NCBI RefSeq assembly: GCF_029946505.1
Contig: NZ_JARZHG010000009.1
Span: 42,927-106,926, forward strand
Length of the DNA: 64,000 nt
Source of the DNA: Polyangium sp. y55x31
GTDB taxonomy: Bacteria > Myxococcota_A > Polyangia > Polyangiales > Polyangiaceae
Direction of reading: 5' to 3'
The notes beneath the pieces are model-generated. The model was given only the letters and a program-made list of their open reading frames with translations, did no database searches and was not told the DNA's origin. Both the position numbers and the translations under genes were made by a program. Positions 8,697-18,193 of the stretch are shown here, one piece after another. How positions within the stretch are numbered: position 1 is the first letter of the stretch; the number at the start of each line of letters is the position of its first letter.

Positions 8697-10235
8697 TCAG
8701 CTCACCGCCTCGATGTCCACGACCCACATCTCATTTCCGTCGCCATCGTGCAGCGACGCGCGCAGCCGCCCGCTTTTTCCGTCGATCGCGAGCACCCCGA
8801 ACGATTGTTTTCCCCCGGCGGGCCCGACCGGCGGATCCCCTTGCTTTCGATTCTGAAACTTCACCTCCGGCCCGAACGTCTCGTCGAGCGGCTCCGGCCC
8901 GAACGTACCCGCGTGGAGCGGCCCGGCGACGAGCTCCCAGAACGCATCGAACTTCGTGAACTTCGCCCGCGAAGGATCGTAATGGTGCGCCGCTGCGTAA
9001 TGCACGTCCGCCGTGACCCAGAGGACGTTCCGGATACGTTTCTCCTGGATGAACGACAGAATCGAAGCGATCTCCCGCTCCCGCCCGAGTGGCGGCCCTT
9101 CTCCGTTCGCGAACCCCTCCTGCGCCGTGGGCCCATCCGGAATCACGAGCCCGATCGGCTGGTCGCACGCGATGATCTTCCACGTCGCCACGGACCGCGC
9201 GAGCGCCTCCTTCAGCCATTCGATCTGCGGTTGCCCGAGGATGACGGCGGGCTCCTTCTCCTCGCGATTCGGCCCATTCAGTCCCCGGAAGCTCCGCGCA
9301 TCGAGCACGAACACATCCACGCGCGGCCCGTACGACAAGACCCGATGAATGGGCCCTTGCCGCATCGGCGCATACTCGAACATCGCCTGCTTCGCGAATC
9401 CTGCGAGCACCGACGTCCGCCGCTCCTTGTACCGCGGATCCTCCAGGACCTGCCCTGGGCACCAGTTGTTCCGCACCTCGTGATCGTCCCATTGCACGAT
9501 CGTCGGCACGGCCGCGTGCAACCGCCGCACGTGCTCGTCGAGGAAGTTGTACGCGAAGTTGCCGCGAAACTCCTCCAGCGTCTCGGCCACCTTCGATTTC
9601 GCGGGTGTCACGAGGTTCTTCCAGACAGACCCATCGGGAAGCTCGATCACCTCCGGCAAGGGATTGTCCGCGTAGATTCGATCCCCCGAATGAAGGAACA
9701 AATCCGGCGCGAGCTTCAACATCGACGCATACGTCTTCATCCCGCCGCGGTCCACGTCGATCCCGAACCCTTGCCCGGCCGTATCCCCCGACCACACGAT
9801 CTTCACATCCTCGCCCGGCCCCGGCGGCGCGCGGAGCGACCCCACGACCGGCTCGCTCCGCGCGTGCCCCGCGTCGTCCGCCTCGAAGACCACGCGATAA
9901 TGGATCCGTTTCCCGGCCGGCAACCCGGTGAGCTCCACGCGCGCCGTAAAATCGTTCTCCGCGGTGGCGACGGGCCCTTCGAGCTTCCGCGCGTCGCCGA
10001 GCCGCTCGTCGGTCCCCCATTCCACGAAGAGCCGCGCCGGCCGATCCGTCTTGCTCCAGAGCACGATGCCCGCGGCCGCGGGATCACCGGTCTGCACGCC
10101 AAACGGAATCGTCGGCCGCGCGGCCTCGGGCGTCACGACGCCGGGCGAACCACACTGCCCGGCGCAGGACGGGAGCGCGAGGGCGGAGAGGGAACCGAGG
10201 AGGAAATCGCGGCGGGGCAGGAGGAGCGTGGACAT
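8697..10235 (-). CDS. phoD: Tat-secreted PhoD-family alkaline phosphatase/phosphodiesterase
   Basis: Twin-arginine signal MSTLLLPRRDFLLGSLSALALPSCAG from ATG at 10235. PhoD-like metallophosphatase region (DDHEV, GDxxY, VLDxR motifs). The upstream 86 codons of the long ORF are R/P-rich and were rejected. Confidence 0.85.
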   Translation of the reverse strand: MSTLLLPRRDFLLGSLSALALPSCAGQCGSPGVVTPEAARPTIPFGVQTGDPAAAGIVLWSKTDRPARLFVEWGTDERLGDARKLEGPVATAENDFTARVELTGLPAGKRIHYRVVFEADDAGHARSEPVVGSLRAPPGPGEDVKIVWSGDTAGQGFGIDVDRGGMKTYASMLKLAPDLFLHSGDRIYADNPLPEVIELPDGSVWKNLVTPAKSKVAETLEEFRGNFAYNFLDEHVRRLHAAVPTIVQWDDHEVRNNWCPGQVLEDPRYKERRTSVLAGFAKQAMFEYAPMRQGPIHRVLSYGPRVDVFVLDARSFRGLNGPNREEKEPAVILGQPQIEWLKEALARSVATWKIIACDQPIGLVIPDGPTAQEGFANGEGPPLGREREIASILSFIQEKRIRNVLWVTADVHYAAAHHYDPSRAKFTKFDAFWELVAGPLHAGTFGPEPLDETFGPEVKFQNRKQGDPPVGPAGGKQSFGVLAIDGKSGRLRASLHDGDGNEMWVVDIEAVS

Positions 10236-10383
10236 GGGGAGCGGCGGGAGGATCGCCCGGGGCGAAGGCGATGGCAAGGGGCTCGTGCGAGGATGCGCGC
10301 GGGGTTTGTCTTGGAAGTCGTGGAGGCGCTGGGACAAACGTTTTTCTTGACCGGACGGCGGGCTCCCGTGGTAGCAGGGCTCG

Positions 10384-11229
10384 GTGAGCGACCCTCTCGC
10401 CGCTGCGTCGCCCGATCCCGTGGATCCCTTCCCTGCGGAGGGTCCGCCATGGTACCCTTCGGACATGGGCAACGCGGCGCGCAACCTCGGCACCGACGAT
10501 CCGACCTTCTACCCGACCCACGACGACATGGGTGAAAGCGCGCTTCAGAAGCTCATCATCGAGCTGTTTCGCCCCTTGCTCGCCCGCTTCCTCGCGTCGC
10601 AGGGCGTCCGGGCATTCGTGGGGGCAGACCAGTTCATCTACTGGGTCCAGTACGCCCCGACGGTGACGGTCGCGCCCGACCTTTACGTCCTGCCGGGGGT
10701 CGATCCCGACAGCGCGCCCAAATGCTGGAAGGTGTGGGAAACCGGTATCGTGCCGAGCTTTGCGCTCGAGGTGATGGCGGAAGAGAACCAGAAGGATCAG
10801 GAGCAATCGCCACGTCGCTACGACGAACTCGGGGTGAAGGAGCTCATCGTGTTCGATCCGCACGCGGACGAATTGCCCGACCGCATCCGGTTCAGCGTTT
10901 ACCGCCGGAACGCCCGCGGCAAGCTCGTCCAGGTCGAGGTCACGAATGCCGATCGTGTCCGCTCGACAGTGCTCGATTGCTTCGTGCGCGTGGTCGGGAC
11001 CGGCGCGGCGCAACGCCTGAGGGTCGGGCTCGCACCCAGCGGCGACGAGCTGTTGCCGACCGAGGCGGATGTAGCCGAGCAGGAGCGTAGACGGGCCGAG
11101 CAGGAGCGTAGACGGGCCGAGCAGGAGCGTAGACGGGCCGACGAGGCACGTGCCAGGGCTGAGGCCGCAGAGGCGGAAAATGCACGCCTTCGCGCCGAAC
11201 TCGAACGTATACGCCGCGGCCAGGCGTAA
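10384..11229 (+). CDS. Uma2-family (PD-(D/E)xK restriction-endonuclease-like, DUF820) protein with C-terminal coiled-coil repeat
   Basis: Core motifs VAPDLYVL...PSFALEVMAEENQKDQ give D...E.K. The protein ends in 3x EQERRRA, then RARAEAAEAENARLRAELE. Confidence 0.7.
   Translation: MSDPLAAASPDPVDPFPAEGPPWYPSDMGNAARNLGTDDPTFYPTHDDMGESALQKLIIELFRPLLARFLASQGVRAFVGADQFIYWVQYAPTVTVAPDLYVLPGVDPDSAPKCWKVWETGIVPSFALEVMAEENQKDQEQSPRRYDELGVKELIVFDPHADELPDRIRFSVYRRNARGKLVQVEVTNADRVRSTVLDCFVRVVGTGAAQRLRVGLAPSGDELLPTEADVAEQERRRAEQERRRAEQERRRADEARARAEAAEAENARLRAELERIRRGQA
11077..11139 (+). repeat. perfect 3 x 21-nt tandem repeat (gagcaggagcgtagacgggcc) inside the Uma2 gene
   Basis: Read directly from the sequence. 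It encodes EQERRRA x3. Confidence 0.9.
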
Positions 11230-11237
11230 GAAAGGGG

Positions 11238-13670
11238 ATGGTCGTCCCGCGGCCCCGCCACGCCCTCACCCTCGCGCTCACCCTGTGCGTCGCCTGCGCC
11301 GAGGCGCGGCGCCCCGAGGCGAACCAAACGGCCACGACCGCAACCGCCTCCGCTCCCGCTTTCGCATCCGCCTCTGCATCCGCCTCCGCTCCCGCAACCG
11401 CATCCGCTCCAGCTTCCGCCACCATTCCCGCCTCCGCCTCCGCCTCCGCCTCCGCCCTCCCTGCCCTCGCCCCCGACGCCGAAACCCGCCTCGACGCAGC
11501 CATCCGCGGCGCCATCGATCGTGGCGAAGTCCCGGGCGCCGTTCTCCTCGTCGTCCAGGCGCACCACGTCGTCCTCCGCAAAGCCTATGGCCTCCGCGCG
11601 ACGGAACCTTCCCCTTCGCCCATGGCCACGGATGCCGTCTTCGACCTCGCGAGCCTCACCAAGCCCATTGCCACGGCAAGCTCCATCCTCCTCCTCGCCG
11701 AACGCAATTCCTTGCGCCTCGACGATCCTGCGCAGAAATGGCTCCCCGATTTCACCGGCGACGGCCGCGAGCGCGTCACCCTCCGCCACCTCCTGCTCCA
11801 CACCTCCGGCCTCCCCGCCGGCGACGCGATCACCTCGTACGCCGACGGTGAAGCCCGCGCCCTCGCTCGCATCCAGAAAACCAAGCTCCTCCACCCTCCC
11901 GGCGAGGCCCACGTCTACAGCGACCTCGGCTATATCCTCCTCGGCGAAATCGTCCGTCGCGCCTCGGGCGAGCCCCTCGACGTGTTCGCCCAGACAAACC
12001 TCTTCGGGCCCCTCGGCATGAAGGACACCACCTTCCGCCCCGGGCCCCGGCTCGCCGCACGCGTGGTGCCCACCGAAAAGGTCCACGACAAACTCCTCGT
12101 CGGCGAGGTCCACGACCCGCGCGCCCGCGCCCTCGGCGGCGTGGCTGGACATGCCGGGCTCTTCTCCACCGCCGACGACCTCGGCCGCTTCGTCCGGATG
12201 CTGCTCGGCGGCGGCGAATTCGAGGGACGCCGGATCCTCGCCGAAACCACCGTCCGCGCCATGACCACGCTCGAGCCCGTGCCCCTCCCCGAGGGCAGCC
12301 CCGACAAACCGTCGGTCCGCAGCCTCGCCCTCGGCTCGCTCTTCGGCGGCGCCGGGCATACCGGCTTCACCGGCACGGCTTTTTGGCTCGACGTTCGCCG
12401 CGGCGACGCCGTCGTCCTGCTCGCGAGCCGCCTCCACCCGGACGGCAAAGGCGACGCCGCGCGCATGCGCCGCGACGTCGCGAATGCCGCGGCCGCCGTC
12501 CCCCGAAGCTCGCCCGCCGCCCGCGTCCGTGTCGGCATCGACGTCCTCGAAGCGCGCCGATTCGACGTCCTCGCCGGGCGCAAGATCGGCCTCATCACGA
12601 ATCACACGGGCAAGGACGCGCGCGGCGAGCGCACCATCGACGTCCTCGCGGCCTCGAAATCGTTCGAGCTCAAAGCCGTCTTCAGCCCCGAGCACGGCCT
12701 CGGCGCCGACAAGGATGCCCTCGTCCCCGGCGGAAAAGACGCCCGCACCGGTCTGCCCATTCACAGCCTCTACGGCGCCGATCGACGCCCCACGGACGCC
12801 ATGCTCGCCGGCCTCGACACGCTCGTCTTCGACGTGCAGGACGCGGGGACCCGGTTTTACACGTACATCAGCACGATGGGATATGCGCTCGAAGAGGCCG
12901 CGAAACGAAGCCTCCGCTTCGTCGTGCTCGATCGGCCGAACCCGCTCGGCGGAGTGGACCTGGACGGCCCGCTCGTCGATCCTGGCCGCGCTTCGTTCGT
13001 CGCGTACCATTCGATCCCCGTGCGCCACGGAATGACCGTCGGCGAGCTCGCGCGGCTCTTCGACGCTGAAAAAAAGCTCGGCGCCGATCTCCACGTCGTG
13101 CCCCTCGAAGGCTGGGCTCGTTCCACCCGATTCGAAAAAACCGGCCTTCCCTGGGTGAATCCCTCGCCCAATCTGCGCAGCGTCACCGAGGCGCTCCTCT
13201 ATCCCGGCGTGGGCCTGCTCGAATTGACGAACGTCAGCGTCGGACGCGGCACCGAGAAGCCCTTCGAGCGCGTGGGCGCGCCCTTCCTCTCCGGCGCGCG
13301 CCTCGCCGCCGAGCTCTCACGTTTCAGCCTCCCCGGCGTGCGCTTCTCGCCCGTCCGCTTCACCCCCACGTCGAGCACCCACGCCGGGCTGCCTTGCGAA
13401 GGCGTCTCGCTCGACGTCACCGATCCTGCGAAGATCCAGCCTGTCCGCGTGGGCCTCGCGATTGCGATCGTTTTGCGCAGGCTTCATCCCGAGGAATGGA
13501 AACCTTCGGGCCTCCTCACCCTGCTCGGCAGCGCCCGCGTCCACGAGGCGCTCGTCCGCGGCGAAGACCTCCCGGGCCTCGTCGCGCTCTACGAGCAGGA
13601 TCTAAAGGCTTTTTCGGAGCGCCGCAGGCCCCACCTGCTCTACCCCGTGTTCGAGAAGGACAATCGGTAG
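11238..13670 (+). CDS. lipoprotein fusion: beta-lactamase-family serine hydrolase (N) + DUF1343/NamZ-like exo-muramidase domain (C)
   Basis: Lipobox LTLCVAC. Ala/Ser low-complexity linker. SLTKP (SxxK) serine-hydrolase motif and YSDLGY. The C-terminal half has GLITNHTG...VFDVQDAGTRFYTYISTMGYALE...VLDRPNPLGG, which reads as DUF1343-like. Confidence 0.75.
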   Translation: MVVPRPRHALTLALTLCVACAEARRPEANQTATTATASAPAFASASASASAPATASAPASATIPASASASASALPALAPDAETRLDAAIRGAIDRGEVPGAVLLVVQAHHVVLRKAYGLRATEPSPSPMATDAVFDLASLTKPIATASSILLLAERNSLRLDDPAQKWLPDFTGDGRERVTLRHLLLHTSGLPAGDAITSYADGEARALARIQKTKLLHPPGEAHVYSDLGYILLGEIVRRASGEPLDVFAQTNLFGPLGMKDTTFRPGPRLAARVVPTEKVHDKLLVGEVHDPRARALGGVAGHAGLFSTADDLGRFVRMLLGGGEFEGRRILAETTVRAMTTLEPVPLPEGSPDKPSVRSLALGSLFGGAGHTGFTGTAFWLDVRRGDAVVLLASRLHPDGKGDAARMRRDVANAAAAVPRSSPAARVRVGIDVLEARRFDVLAGRKIGLITNHTGKDARGERTIDVLAASKSFELKAVFSPEHGLGADKDALVPGGKDARTGLPIHSLYGADRRPTDAMLAGLDTLVFDVQDAGTRFYTYISTMGYALEEAAKRSLRFVVLDRPNPLGGVDLDGPLVDPGRASFVAYHSIPVRHGMTVGELARLFDAEKKLGADLHVVPLEGWARSTRFEKTGLPWVNPSPNLRSVTEALLYPGVGLLELTNVSVGRGTEKPFERVGAPFLSGARLAAELSRFSLPGVRFSPVRFTPTSSTHAGLPCEGVSLDVTDPAKIQPVRVGLAIAIVLRRLHPEEWKPSGLLTLLGSARVHEALVRGEDLPGLVALYEQDLKAFSERRRPHLLYPVFEKDNR
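11340..11470 (+). repeat. Ala/Ser low-complexity coding repeat (gcctccgc-type units)
   Basis: Encodes ASAPAFASASASASAPATASAPASATIPASASASASA in the linker after the lipobox. Confidence 0.6.
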
Positions 13671-13825
13671 GACATTTTTCGTCCTCGGAACGGCCCGGAC
13701 ATTGTTCATCACGGCATAAGATGAAAAACCGTGACGGACGGAGGTTCCGTGTTATCATCTCCAAACGACACGGACGGCGCGCGACGGAGAGTGGCCGGCG
13801 CGCCTCCGCGGCCCAGGAGGATCCG

Positions 13826-14419
13826 ATGGACAAGGTCTCGCTGACGTACTTCGTCGATTTCGTTCTGAAATCTGGGACGCCCAAGCTCACCGGCGTGCGC
13901 GAGTACAAGGAGCGCAAGGACGAGCTCAGCACGGACTTTTATCGTCCGATCCGGGAAGCCATCGTCGAGATGCACAAGAACGGCCTGCCGGCCTCCACGC
14001 TTTCGGACGTCGCGCGCGCGCAGGACGACGAGAAGCGGCTGAAGCATTATCCGCTCGTCATCGCCGGATATCGCGCGTTCCTCGCCGAGGGCCCGATGAA
14101 TTTCTTCGAGCCCCCGCGCGCGGGCCTCTCGCTCGGCGCGCTCGAGATCGACGTGAACCCCGAGCTCGGGCTCGTCATCTCGGGCAAACCGCACCTGATC
14201 AAGCTCTATTTCCGCAGCGAGCCGCTCACGCCGCGCCGAACCGCGGTGATCCTCGCGCTTCTTTCACGTGGTCTCTGCGAGGGCCACCCCGAATACGTGC
14301 CCGCCGTGCTCGACGTGCGCAATGGCAAGCTGCACACCTCCGCGAACACGAGCTCGCGCATCGACATCCTGCTGCGGGGCGAAGCCGCAGCGTTCGCCGC
14401 GATGTACGGATCGGTTTGA
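13826..14419 (+). CDS. hypothetical protein
   Basis: ATG at 13826 with AGGAGG SD 6 nt upstream. It is preceded by a ~150-nt lower-GC leader. 198 aa, no motif recognised. Confidence 0.55.
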   Translation: MDKVSLTYFVDFVLKSGTPKLTGVREYKERKDELSTDFYRPIREAIVEMHKNGLPASTLSDVARAQDDEKRLKHYPLVIAGYRAFLAEGPMNFFEPPRAGLSLGALEIDVNPELGLVISGKPHLIKLYFRSEPLTPRRTAVILALLSRGLCEGHPEYVPAVLDVRNGKLHTSANTSSRIDILLRGEAAAFAAMYGSV

Positions 14420-14546
14420 GCTCCAACAGGCTGTCGAGAAACGCCGCGAGCGCCCTGGAGCTAGGGAGGAGGACGCAGGAATACAGGCGTATTCCGAGGA
14501 CGACGACCGACGATCCAGGGCGCGCAGCAAGTTTCTCAACAGCCTG

Positions 14547-15557
14547 CTAACGAGCTCCGTCCGCGCGCTGTACCCACACGGGCCCCTGCGGACGGAGCTC
14601 GAGCGCGCCTTTGCTTTCACGCAGCACGAGCGCCCCATCCGGCAGCGCCTCGCCTTTCTCGGGGCGCTCGGGGATCGGACGCATCGCAATCTTTCCCGTC
14701 TCCCAGAGGACGTAGGTCCACGAAAGCTCGGCCGACGAAAAGACCGCGCTCTTCTCCGCTCGGATCATCGCCGCGTTGCAACGCTGCTCGGGCTCGACGC
14801 CCCAGCGCTCCGACGGCGCGATCGCCTGATTTTCCCCCGCGAACACGACCCCCGAGCCGGTGAGCTTCTCGTCGAACGTCTCCGGCCGGAGCAGGCTCGG
14901 ATCGGCGAGCACGGCGTCGCAATCGAGGGCAGCCTTCGGGCGTCGGATCATGACGTGCATCTCCGGCTCCTCCGAAGGCACGTGCACGAACACGTCCGCG
15001 AGGACCATGCCCCGCGGCCCCGTCAGCCGCACCTGATGCAGCCGCGCCACCGACGTCGCCATGCAGAACACGAGCCCCACAGCGGCCGCCACGAGCTCGA
15101 TCGGCCGCAGCGCACGCCGCGGTTTGTCCGATCGAACCTCCCGCATCGAAGGCCCGAGCACCCGGTAGCCGAGCGCCAAAAAAGGAAGCGCGAGCAGATC
15201 CGTCGGGTCCGCCCAGGTTTGGAAAGGCAAACCAAGCGCCACGAGCGCCGCGTCCCACGCCGCGGCGAGCCCCTCGGAAAGTTCGAGCGCCGCGAACACC
15301 ACGGCCACGGCCACGTGGCAGCCGATCACGGCGCGCCGCCCTCGCGCGCGGACGAGCGTCGCGAGCAGCAGAGGCGCGAGGAACAGCCCCGCCGCGTCGC
15401 TCAGCTTGCCCGTCACGACACCGGGGACGAGGCCGCTGCCCTTGAGAACGTGATCGTTCACCGCGAGCACGGCGAGCGCGATCCACCACGCGGGATGCGC
15501 GAGCCCGCGCGCCGGACGCCACGGGGCCTCGTCGTCTCGTGCTTCGTGCATTTTCAT
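14547..15557 (-). CDS. integral membrane protein (multi-TM N-terminus, soluble C-terminal domain)
   Basis: ATG at 15557 (MKMHEA...). Several hydrophobic helices (WWIALAVLAV, LFLAPLLLATLV, VAVAVVFAAL, ...). Confidence 0.55.
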   Translation of the reverse strand: MKMHEARDDEAPWRPARGLAHPAWWIALAVLAVNDHVLKGSGLVPGVVTGKLSDAAGLFLAPLLLATLVRARGRRAVIGCHVAVAVVFAALELSEGLAAAWDAALVALGLPFQTWADPTDLLALPFLALGYRVLGPSMREVRSDKPRRALRPIELVAAAVGLVFCMATSVARLHQVRLTGPRGMVLADVFVHVPSEEPEMHVMIRRPKAALDCDAVLADPSLLRPETFDEKLTGSGVVFAGENQAIAPSERWGVEPEQRCNAAMIRAEKSAVFSSAELSWTYVLWETGKIAMRPIPERPEKGEALPDGALVLRESKGALELRPQGPVWVQRADGAR

Positions 15558-15640
15558 TCGCCCGGCAACGTTACGCTCGATCACGACATCCGAAAACAAG
15601 CATCTGCGCACCTCGACATCCGCGCCAACTGTCTGCGACA

Positions 15641-16777
15641 ATGTTCACGCCCATGCGACGCGCGACCATTTCCCCTCGCCTCCTCGGCCCCTCGGCCCTC
15701 CTGCTCCTCGCGGCTTGCAGCAAAGACCCGCCGCCCCCCGCGCCCGAAGCCGCGAGCGCCGCATCCACCGCCGCGCCCGCGCCGAGCGCGACGACGCCCG
15801 CGCCGAGCGAGGCCACGCCCGCGCCCGCGCCCACGCCGGAGACGACCGCGGCGGCCGCGCCCGAAAAGCCCAAGAACATCGTCCGCTCGTCGCGCCCCAC
15901 GCCCATCGAATGGTGCCAGGCGCCGATCGCGAAGCTCGGCTGGGAGGGCCACGACGAAGGGGACCTCGTCGAGGCGTGCAAGATGCTCGAGGTCCGCGAG
16001 TGGGTGATGATCGGCTGCCCGCAGAATGGCCGGCGCGAAAACAACAAGCACCTCGGCCGGTACGATCGCGCGCTGCCCGGCGGCGGCAGCATGGCGACCG
16101 ATGACGAACTTTCCGCCGCGGATCTTGGATCGTCGGACGCCGTGATCATCTCGCTCCGCCCGGGGACGAAGGCCAAGCCCGCCTTCACGTACCGGCCTTT
16201 CGAGCACCCCGAATGGATCAAAGACGAGACGTTCACCGTCGAGCTGCCGGAGAGCGCGAGTGGCCTCGAAGATCGGCTCTTCAATGGCGGCGCGTGGCCG
16301 AGCTTCGAGCCGCGCGACACCTCGCGCTGCGAGGAAATGGCCGCCGCGGCGAAACAAGAAGCCGCCGCGAAGGCCGAGGCCGCCGCGAAGGCGCAGGCCG
16401 AGGAGGACGCGAAGATCCTGCCCGACGTCGAGGGAATCTCCGCCGCGCCCGCGGACGAGGCGTTCGCGCCCGAAAAAGAGGTGCTCGTGACGGGCTCGGG
16501 CGCAGTCGGGTGCAAGACGAAGGTCCTCGAGAGCTGGTTCTGGATGCGCTGCGAGGGCAAGGTGAAGATCACCGGCGTCGACATCGAGAAGGGGCGCAGG
16601 CAAACCCAGACGAAAGCGAGCGCCGAGGAAGGCGTGGGCAAGCTCGTCGTGCCTTACGTCGAGGGCACGGATTTCCGGGCGAAGATCACGTTCGAGGGCG
16701 GCGAGAAATTCCTGAAGCTCCGCTGGCCCAAGGGCAAACGGCCGTTCCAGGTCGGCACGATCGGCGAGACGCGTTGA
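15641..16777 (+). CDS. lipoprotein, hypothetical (Pro/Ala/Thr-rich linker, Cys-containing domain, Ala/Lys/Glu-rich helix)
   Basis: ATG at 15641. Signal peptide with lipobox LLLAACSKD. Divergent from the membrane-protein gene. Confidence 0.6.
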   Translation: MFTPMRRATISPRLLGPSALLLLAACSKDPPPPAPEAASAASTAAPAPSATTPAPSEATPAPAPTPETTAAAAPEKPKNIVRSSRPTPIEWCQAPIAKLGWEGHDEGDLVEACKMLEVREWVMIGCPQNGRRENNKHLGRYDRALPGGGSMATDDELSAADLGSSDAVIISLRPGTKAKPAFTYRPFEHPEWIKDETFTVELPESASGLEDRLFNGGAWPSFEPRDTSRCEEMAAAAKQEAAAKAEAAAKAQAEEDAKILPDVEGISAAPADEAFAPEKEVLVTGSGAVGCKTKVLESWFWMRCEGKVKITGVDIEKGRRQTQTKASAEEGVGKLVVPYVEGTDFRAKITFEGGEKFLKLRWPKGKRPFQVGTIGETR

Positions 16778-16780
16778 CGC

Positions 16781-17467
16781 TCAAACGTAACGCGATAGCG
16801 CCGCTTGCACCCGTTCTTTCGCGCCCGAGGCGACGACCTCGCCGTGCGCCATGATCAGCCGATCGAAATCGAGCGCGGCCACCTCGCGGAGCGACGCGCG
16901 CAGCGACGCGCGGTCCTTCGCGATCAGCGGAAACTCCCGGCTCATCGCGAGCTTTCCGTTCGTGCCGAACGCCGTGTAGACGAGCTTCGAAACGAGGCCC
17001 TCGGGCTTCTCGATGTTGAACAGGATGTCGGAGACGATGAGCGTCCGGCTCGCGTGGTGCAGGAACACCACCTCCGATACCATCGGGACGCCTTCGATGA
17101 GCCGCAGATCGAAGGCGCCGCCCCACGCGGCGGGCGGCTCGGCCGATAACACCTCGTCGATGCGGACCGAAGGGATCTTCTCCTTCACCCGCGGCGCGGC
17201 GAAGACACGCGCCTCCGGGAAACGAGCCGACGCAGCGCCGAGGAACAGGTTGTGAAACCGGTTCGGCGCGACGAGATACGCGACGCGCCCGAGCTTTTCG
17301 AGCGCAGCGGCGAGCGTATCGTCGATCGGAATGGGCGAATGGACCCACAGCTCATCCCCCGGGAGGCGCACCACGGTCATCCGCGCGTTCATCCGGACGA
17401 AGCCGGCGAACCGCAGGGGGTGCTCCGCAGCCCACACGTCTTCGGCGATGGACACGAGCTCGGTCAT
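16781..17467 (-). CDS. DUF4336-like protein (copy 1 of tandem pair)
   Basis: 228 aa with MTELVSIAEDVWAAEHPL...LIMAHGEVV. Collinear with, and about 65% identical to, the next gene. Confidence 0.6.
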   Translation of the reverse strand: MTELVSIAEDVWAAEHPLRFAGFVRMNARMTVVRLPGDELWVHSPIPIDDTLAAALEKLGRVAYLVAPNRFHNLFLGAASARFPEARVFAAPRVKEKIPSVRIDEVLSAEPPAAWGGAFDLRLIEGVPMVSEVVFLHHASRTLIVSDILFNIEKPEGLVSKLVYTAFGTNGKLAMSREFPLIAKDRASLRASLREVAALDFDRLIMAHGEVVASGAKERVQAALSRYV

Positions 17468-17486
17468 GGAATGGTTTCCTTTGGGC

Positions 17487-18173
17487 TCAAAGGTACGGGC
17501 CGAGGACCTCGTTCACGCGGGCCTTCGCGCCCGAGGAGACGATCTCGCCGTGCGCCATGATCAGCCGATCGAAATCGAGCGCGACCACCTCGCGCACCGA
17601 ATCCTTCCACGCGGCCTTGTCCTTCACGAGCGCATACCAGATGCGGCTCCGCGCGAGCTTCCCGCGCGTGCCCATCACCGTGAGCAAGGCCTTCGTCCCG
17701 AAGCCCTCGGGCTTCTTGATGTTGAAAAGAAGATCCGAGACGATCAGCGTGCGGCTCGCGCGGTGAACGAAGACCACTTCCGAGGCCTGCGGCGCGCCCG
17801 CGACGAGGCGCTGATCGACGAGGCCCGCCCACGCGGCCGGCGGCTCGGCGGAGAGCACCTCGTCGATGCGCAGCGAGGGGATTCTCTCGCGCAGCCCAGG
17901 CGCCGCGAAGACACGCGCCTCCGGGAAACGTGTCGACGCCGGGCCGAGGAACAGGTTGTGGAACTGGTTCGGCGCGACGAGGTACGCGACCGCGCCGAGC
18001 CTCGCGAGCGCGGCGGCGAGCCCGTCGTCGATGGGAATGGGCGAATGGATCCAGAGCTTTTCGCCCGGGAGGCGCAGCACGGTCATCCGCGCGTTCATCC
18101 GGACGCCGCCGGGCATCTTCAACGGATGCTCCGCGGCCCACAGGTCTTCGGCGAGGGAAACGAGCTCGGCCAT
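17487..18173 (-). CDS. DUF4336-like protein (copy 2 of tandem pair)
   Basis: ATG at 18173 (MAELVSLAEDLW...). The 724-aa six-frame ORF covers two genes; this is the 3' gene. Confidence 0.6.
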   Translation of the reverse strand: MAELVSLAEDLWAAEHPLKMPGGVRMNARMTVLRLPGEKLWIHSPIPIDDGLAAALARLGAVAYLVAPNQFHNLFLGPASTRFPEARVFAAPGLRERIPSLRIDEVLSAEPPAAWAGLVDQRLVAGAPQASEVVFVHRASRTLIVSDLLFNIKKPEGFGTKALLTVMGTRGKLARSRIWYALVKDKAAWKDSVREVVALDFDRLIMAHGEIVSSGAKARVNEVLGPYL

Positions 18174-18193
18174 GACGGGTTTTTCCTTCTTGA

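Noticed and set aside
8731-10020. 429-aa - ORF and 622-aa + ORF (8667..10535) across phoD
   Set aside because: Other frames or antisense of the PhoD gene. Arg/Gly/Pro-rich.
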